The notes below the pieces were generated by a model that did no database searches, was not told the DNA's origin, and saw only the letters and a list, made by a program, of their open reading frames with translations. A stretch of 20,000 nt of DNA, taken from NCBI GenBank assembly GCA_009886115.1, contig VFJJ01000043.1, positions 47,082-67,081 of the forward strand, written 5' to 3'. Below are positions 15,307 to 20,000 of this stretch, one piece after another (position 1 is the first letter of the stretch; each line of letters begins with the position of its first letter). The DNA comes from Actinomycetota bacterium. GTDB taxonomy: Bacteria; Actinomycetota; Acidimicrobiia; IMCC26256; VFJJ01. A program made the translations under genes and the position numbers.

Positions 15307-17445
15307 TCAGGCCCCCGGACCGTCGAGCGCCAGCGCCGCCCGTCGACCTTCGAGGATGGCCTCGTGGATGGTGCGCGGGGCGACGGCGTCGCCGGCGCGG
15401 GGATGGCGCTCGCCGGTGGCGCGCCACAGGGCGTCGTCGGGCAGGAGCGTGCCGCAATCGACGAGCGCCGCGCAGGCGATGACCGTGGTGAGGCCCGTGT
15501 ACCGCTCCTCGACGACGACCCCGGTCGTACCGAGGCTCCGCAGCACCGATCGCTTCACGAGCGCGACGCCCGCTTGGAGCAGCCGGGTGTTGGCTGGGGC
15601 CAGGTCGCCGGTGAGCGAGAGCTGGGTGCCGACGGTGAAGTCGGGGCAGACCAGCGTGACCTGCCGGCCCCGCGATGCCAGGAGCTCGGCGATCGAGACG
15701 GCGACGGGTCCTCCGACGGGGTCCCAGACCACGACCGGGCCCTCCGGCAACGCCGCGTCTAGACCCCGGACGGTGCCGGTGGGCGACCGGCGCTCGGTGG
15801 CCAGCAGGTCGGATGCGCTCCACACCACGACGCCGCTCGACCCGCTCGACGATGCCCCGCCCGACCCGCGCGCGGGGGCCCCGCCGGTCGACGGCGGCGA
15901 GGTACCGGCGTAGGGCCGCAGCCCTGGACGGGCGCCGGTGCACAGCACGACGGCGTGGTCGCCGGCGATGCGTTCGACGAGCCCCGGTTCGATCTCGCTG
16001 CTGGTCTCGATGGTGACCCCGAGGCGGCGGCACTCGGCTTCGAGCCAGTCGGCGATGAGCGCCAGCCTCGACCGACCCGAGCCCGCCGCGGCCGTCCGCA
16101 CCGATCCGCCGAGCCCGCTCGACCGCTCGACGAGGCGCACCCGGTGTCCTCGGGCTGCGGCGACCCGGGCGCACTCCAGGCCGGCGACACCCGCCCCGAC
16201 AACGAGCACGTCGCGTGGCGCGCCGGCTGTCCGTCCGGTTCCTTCACCGATGTCGACGCCGATGTCGACGCCGGCGCAGGGATCGGGGTCGTCGAGCTCG
16301 TGGCCCGACCGGGGCTCGCCGACACAGCTGACGATGGGGTTGCGGCCGTCGCGCACCTGGCACTTCTGGTTGCAGAGCAGGCACGGACGCACGCGGTCGG
16401 CGTGGCCGGCGGCGACCTTCGCACCCAGGTCGGGGTCGGCGATCTGGGCCCTGGTCATCTCGACGGCGTCGGCCCGGGCCGGATCGTCGAAGCCGCCGAG
16501 CGCCCACTCGGCCTGGCCCCACTCGACGATCGAGCCCTGGGCCACGACCGCGACGCCCGGTCGGACAGCCGTGACGGCTTCTCGGATCTGCGCCACGAGA
16601 CCGAGGTTGAATCCGGGCTCGGTGTGGCCGTCGGGCCGCGTGGCGCCCGTCGAGAAGATCGAGCCCCGCACCACGGTGATGGCATCGACGGTCTCGGCCA
16701 GCGCGGCGGCGACCAGGGCACCCACGTCGGCGACGATGCCAGCCCAGGGGGCGAGCTCGTCGCACGAGAGCCGGATGGCCAGAACGGCGTCGGGGCCGAT
16801 CGCATCACGAACAGCGGCCAGCACGCGCTGGGCGAATCGCAGGCGGAGGCCGTCGTCATGGCCGCCGTCGGACCCCGTCCACTCGTCGCTGCGCTGGTTC
16901 GTGAGCCCGGAGAGGAACTGGCGGATGAGCGAGAACTGGCCGACGTTCACGTCGACACCGTCACATCCCGCGGCCAGCGCGCCCCGGGCGGCCTCGGCGA
17001 ACCCGGCGATCACCGCGGCGATCTCGTCGGGCTCCATGGCCTGCGGAACCTCGCGGGTCGCCACGTCGGGGACCCGTGACGGCGCCCACATCGGGAGCTG
17101 CGAGAACGCCGACGAGCCCTGCGATCCGGCATGGTTGAGCCCGGCCAGAACGAGTGGCCGAACGCCCTCGCCTCGAGCCGCGGCGGCACACGCATCGACG
17201 ATCGTCCGCCAGCCCGGTGCGCACGCCGAGGCGAGCGGAGCCCGCTCGTACGGCCAGTCGGACGGGTGCACCGAGGCGTCCTCGACCACGATCACGCCCG
17301 CCCCGCCCAAGGCGCGACGCTCGTAGTAGGCGACGTGACGCTCCGACAGGGCCCGGCGGCGACCCAGGTTCGTCTCGTGCGCACCGAACACGATCCGGTT
17401 GGGGGCAGTTCGGTTCCCGAGCCGGAGGGGCTCGAGCAGCTTCAC
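15307..17445 (-). CDS. Mycofactocin system FadH/OYE family oxidoreductase 1
   Basis: GTG 17445 overlaps the mftC stop. LLEPLRLG..NRIVFGAHETNL, SDWPYERAPLA, CLLCNQKC..SCVGEP, VVGAGVAG, GDAVAPR. Confidence 0.9.
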   Translation of the reverse strand: MKLLEPLRLGNRTAPNRIVFGAHETNLGRRRALSERHVAYYERRALGGAGVIVVEDASVHPSDWPYERAPLASACAPGWRTIVDACAAAARGEGVRPLVLAGLNHAGSQGSSAFSQLPMWAPSRVPDVATREVPQAMEPDEIAAVIAGFAEAARGALAAGCDGVDVNVGQFSLIRQFLSGLTNQRSDEWTGSDGGHDDGLRLRFAQRVLAAVRDAIGPDAVLAIRLSCDELAPWAGIVADVGALVAAALAETVDAITVVRGSIFSTGATRPDGHTEPGFNLGLVAQIREAVTAVRPGVAVVAQGSIVEWGQAEWALGGFDDPARADAVEMTRAQIADPDLGAKVAAGHADRVRPCLLCNQKCQVRDGRNPIVSCVGEPRSGHELDDPDPCAGVDIGVDIGEGTGRTAGAPRDVLVVGAGVAGLECARVAAARGHRVRLVERSSGLGGSVRTAAAGSGRSRLALIADWLEAECRRLGVTIETSSEIEPGLVERIAGDHAVVLCTGARPGLRPYAGTSPPSTGGAPARGSGGASSSGSSGVVVWSASDLLATERRSPTGTVRGLDAALPEGPVVVWDPVGGPVAVSIAELLASRGRQVTLVCPDFTVGTQLSLTGDLAPANTRLLQAGVALVKRSVLRSLGTTGVVVEERYTGLTTVIACAALVDCGTLLPDDALWRATGERHPRAGDAVAPRTIHEAILEGRRAALALDGPGA

Positions 17446-18641
17446 GAGCTGGAGACTACGACCCGGTGCCGGGTGGGCTTCAACGTGACGTTGGTGGACA
17501 CGGCGGGACGGGCGTCGGCCTTGGGGATCTTCGAGTGCCCGGGCCCGGACGACGGCAGCGAGGCCGGGTCGACGGCAGCGAGTGCGTCGTCGGCGTTGCC
17601 CCACACGCACTCAGGATCGGGGGCATCGAGCGGCAGGCCGGTGAAGAACTTCGCCGCCATGCATCCGCCGCCGCAGGCGTCGTACGAGCCGCACGATGCG
17701 CACGCACCCGGTGACTGGGGCTCGCGCAGGCCCACGAACAGCTCGGACTCCCGCCACACGCTCGTGAAGCCGCCCCGGTCGCGCACCGACCCGGCTCGGA
17801 ACTCGTCGTGCAGCACGAACGGGCAGGCGTAGACGTCGCCGATCGGGTCGATCAGGCACACGACCCGTCCGGCCCCGCAGAGGTTGAGGCCGGGCAGGCT
17901 CTCGCCCAGGGCCGAGAGGTGGAAGAACGAGTCGCCGGTGAGGATGCCGGGGCGTTCGATGAGGAAGCGGTAGAGATCGCGCTGCTGCGCGTTCGTGGGA
18001 TGCAGGTCGTTCCACACGTCGGCCCCGCGACCCGACGGCCGCAGCCGGGTGAGCCTCAGCTGCGCGCCGTAGGAGTCGGCGATGGCCTCGAAGGCCGGGA
18101 GCTGCGGGATGTTCTGGCGGGTGACGACCACCGAGATCTTGAAGGGGCCGAAACCTGCGGCCGCGAGATGGTCCATGGCCCGGCGGGCGGCGTCGTACGA
18201 GCCGACGCCGCGCACCGCGTCGTTCGTCGCGGCGTCGGCCCCGTCGAGGCTGATCTGCACGTCGATGTAGTCGGTCGCGGTGAGGCGACGGGCTTTCTCG
18301 GCGTCGATGAAGTACCCGTTGGTCGAGAACTTCACCCCGACACCGCGCGACACCGAGTAGTCGAGCAGCTCGAAGAAGTCGCGCCTGACCATGGGCTCGC
18401 CCCCACCGATGTTCACGTAGAACACCTGCAGGTCGTGCAGCTCGTCGATGACCGCCTTGCACTCGGCCGTGGTGAGCTCCCGGGGGTCGCGTCGCCCGCT
18501 GGAGCTCAGGCAGTGCACACACTCGAGGTTGCAGGCGTAGGTGAGCTCCCACGTGAGACAGATGGGGGCGTCGAGGCCGCTCTTGAGCTGCTCGACCAGG
18601 CGAGGAGCAGCCGCAGTGGTGGATCCGGGCGAGGGGGGCAT
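17442..18641 (-). CDS. mftC: Mycofactocin radical SAM/SPASM maturase
   Basis: LDAPICLTWELTYACNLECVHC (CxxxCxxC), GGGEP, GLNLCGAGRVVCLIDPIGDVYACPF, CASCGSYDACGGGCMAAKFFTG. Confidence 0.98.
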   Translation of the reverse strand: MPPSPGSTTAAAPRLVEQLKSGLDAPICLTWELTYACNLECVHCLSSSGRRDPRELTTAECKAVIDELHDLQVFYVNIGGGEPMVRRDFFELLDYSVSRGVGVKFSTNGYFIDAEKARRLTATDYIDVQISLDGADAATNDAVRGVGSYDAARRAMDHLAAAGFGPFKISVVVTRQNIPQLPAFEAIADSYGAQLRLTRLRPSGRGADVWNDLHPTNAQQRDLYRFLIERPGILTGDSFFHLSALGESLPGLNLCGAGRVVCLIDPIGDVYACPFVLHDEFRAGSVRDRGGFTSVWRESELFVGLREPQSPGACASCGSYDACGGGCMAAKFFTGLPLDAPDPECVWGNADDALAAVDPASLPSSGPGHSKIPKADARPAVSTNVTLKPTRHRVVVSSS

Positions 18642-19030
18642 CAGGTCTCCTCACGTGCGGGTGCGCACAGGACTTCGGAGGCCGCGAGCGACGCCAGGGC
18701 CTTGAGGTACGACGAGCGCTGACGGGCGTCGAACGCTCCGGTCGCGATGGCGGCGTCGAGCGCGGCATCGACGGTCGGATGATCGCCGAGCGAGCGCACC
18801 AGCGCGACCAGGGCGTTGCGCTTCAAGAACACGAGACGCCGGTTCCCGTAGTGGTACGCCAGAGCGCCGAACGGCTCGGGGCGCAAAGCCACCTGGGGAT
18901 GCAGGGCGTAGGGACGGGCCGGGTCGAACCCGATGTCGGCGGTGCCGGGGTGGTCACCCACCGGACCGGCATCGAGGTCGTCATCGGGACCGTCGACGAC
19001 TCGGCTCGTCTCGACCTCGAGCGTGCTCAA
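18641..19030 (-). CDS. mftB: Mycofactocin biosynthesis chaperone (RRE domain)
   Basis: FDPARPYALHPQVALRPEPFGALAYHYGNRRLVFLK...YLKALASLA. Start is probably TTG 19030 (TTGA overlap with the mftA stop); GTG 19042 is an alternative. Confidence 0.95.
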   Translation of the reverse strand: MSTLEVETSRVVDGPDDDLDAGPVGDHPGTADIGFDPARPYALHPQVALRPEPFGALAYHYGNRRLVFLKRNALVALVRSLGDHPTVDAALDAAIATGAFDARQRSSYLKALASLAASEVLCAPAREET

Positions 19031-19143
19031 TAGACGCCGCACATCCCGTCGATCGAGATCTCCTCGACGAGCAGGTCGTCGTCGACGAGATCGTCGTCAT
19101 CGAGAACGGGGGCGTCCACGGCGGTGATGGCATCGTCGGGCAT
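19027..19143 (-). CDS. mftA: Mycofactocin precursor peptide, 38 aa
   Basis: MPDDAITAVDAPVLDDDDLVDDDLLVEEISIDGMCGVY*, with the invariant IDGMCGVY C-terminus. GAGGAG RBS at 19155-19150. Hidden at the end of the spurious ORF 19027..19962. Confidence 0.98.
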   Translation of the reverse strand: MPDDAITAVDAPVLDDDDLVDDDLLVEEISIDGMCGVY

Positions 19144-19186
19144 GATGGGCTCCTCGGCTCGGCGAGATGACAGGCAGATCACGGGA

Positions 19187-19192
19187 ATGGTA
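19187..19192 (-). promoter_or_regulatory. Putative -10 element (TACCAT) of the mftA operon
   Basis: TANNNT hexamer 43 nt upstream of the mftA ATG. It coincides with the ATG GTA of mftF on the other strand. Confidence 0.5.
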
Positions 19193-19999
19193 GCGGCGCA
19201 ACCGCCTTCACGAGGCACGATCGGGGCCGCGACTCCCGCGCCGTCGACTGCGCGTGCGCCGGAGATCTCGCTGGTCCTCGATCCGGGCGTGCGTCGCCTC
19301 GGCGGCGGACGGGTGCTGCTCGGCGGCTCACCGTTGCGGGTGCTGCGCCTGAGCGAGGCCGGGGCCGCCGTCGTCGAGCGTCTCGCTGCCGGCGAACGGC
19401 TGCCCGACCGTCCCACCACACGCCGACTCGTCGATCGCCTGCTCGACGGGGGCCTCGCCCATCCTCGGCCGGGCGCGGCGCGGCTCAAGCTGAGCGACCT
19501 CACCGTGGTCGTGCCCGTGCGCGACCGCCCGATCGGCGATCTCGTGACCGCGCTCGTCGCCGACCTCGGCGGTGACGCTGAAGATGACGCTGAAGATGCC
19601 GCAGGACGTGACGCAGGACGTGCCGCAGGACGTGACGCAGGACGTGACGCAGGACGTGCCGTTGAAGGCGCCGCAGGACGTGACGCGAGCGAAGCCCCGG
19701 ATGGGGCGGTCGGTCGGGTGATCGTGGTCGACGATGGCTCGACGATGCCGCTCGGGGTCCCCGACGGCGTCGTGGTGATCCGCCGGGAGGTCTCGGGCGG
19801 ACCGGCGGCGGCGCGCAACGCGGGTTGGGCCGGGGCCACCACCGTGCTCGTGGCCTTCGTCGACTCCGATTGCCGTCCCGCTCCGGGTTGGCTCGACTGT
19901 CTGCTGCCGCACTTCAACGACGAGCGGGTCGGGCTCGTGGCCCCACGGATCGTCGACACCATCGGCGCTCCCCGAGCGGGCGACGCCGACCGAGCGTCG
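19187..19999 (+). CDS. mftF: Mycofactocin biosynthesis glycosyltransferase (GT2), partial, runs off the window
   Basis: Not in the ORF track. Manual translation gives ...LVLDPGVRRLGGGRVLLGGSPLRVLRLSEAG...LVDRLLDGGLAHP...TVVVPVRDR...VIVVDDGS...GGPAAARNAG...VAFVDSDC..GWLDCLLPHFNDERVGLVAPRI. Start codon uncertain. Confidence 0.93.
   Translation, partial: MVAAQPPSRGTIGAATPAPSTARAPEISLVLDPGVRRLGGGRVLLGGSPLRVLRLSEAGAAVVERLAAGERLPDRPTTRRLVDRLLDGGLAHPRPGAARLKLSDLTVVVPVRDRPIGDLVTALVADLGGDAEDDAEDAAGRDAGRAAGRDAGRDAGRAVEGAAGRDASEAPDGAVGRVIVVDDGSTMPLGVPDGVVVIRREVSGGPAAARNAGWAGATTVLVAFVDSDCRPAPGWLDCLLPHFNDERVGLVAPRIVDTIGAPRAGDADRAS
19574..19687 (+). repeat. In-frame 12-bp tandem repeat in mftF (9.5 units)
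   Basis: Units GACGCTGAAGAT x2, G(A/C)CGCAGGACGT x5, GCCGTTGAAGGC, GCCGCAGGACGT, GACGCG. Encodes DAED DAED AAGR DAGR AAGR DAGR DAGR AVEG AAGR DA. Confidence 0.92.
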
Positions 20000-20000
20000 C

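Noticed and set aside
12023..16174. 1383-aa ORF suggesting a giant OYE-ETF fusion
   Set aside because: The upstream ~960 codons are an Arg/Pro/Gly-rich shadow frame over OYE1/OYE2. Only 13294 (or 13057) to 12023 encodes EtfA.
14..17832. Many long plus-strand ORFs (14..1024, 1542..2801, 4907..7177, 7372..9519, 8504..10243, 12577..15762, 15938..17326 and others)
   Set aside because: Antisense shadows of well-supported minus-strand genes, expected at this GC content, with no recognizable motifs.
19574..19687. Repeat array as a possible CRISPR or iteron array
   Set aside because: Contiguous 12-bp units without spacers, in frame inside mftF, with no cas or rep genes nearby.
19144..19962. 311-aa minus-strand ORF ending in IDGMCGVY, resembling a giant MftA precursor with a repeat leader
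   Set aside because: The N-terminal 273 codons are antisense to mftF. The real mftA starts at ATG 19143 with a GAGGAG RBS.

Overview
High-GC actinobacterial chromosomal window (gene content suggests Acidimicrobiia; inference only). Almost all genes are on the minus strand. In transcription order (right to left): a mycofactocin (MFT) locus mftA-mftB-mftC, two FadH/OYE-family flavoenzymes, an etfA-fixC-fixX-etfB block, mftE, a MoxR-type AAA+ ATPase with a VWA domain, an NDMA-type Zn alcohol dehydrogenase and an MFT-type SDR. These are followed by a type IV pilin, a prepilin peptidase and aroC-aroK-aroB (aroB is cut by the window edge). mftF is divergent on the + strand and runs off the right edge. 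No mftD, mftG or mftR is seen in the window. The main finding is at the AAA+/VWA junction. The VWA frame has no ATG/GTG/TTG near its expected start, but it is the -1 frame of an in-phase G_GGA_AAA slippery heptamer followed 6 nt later by a 15-bp GC-rich hairpin. This predicts a programmed -1 ribosomal frameshift giving a 353-aa AAA+ protein and a ~659-aa AAA+-acidic linker-VWA fusion from one gene. All calls rest on motif recognition and manual reading; no searches were run.
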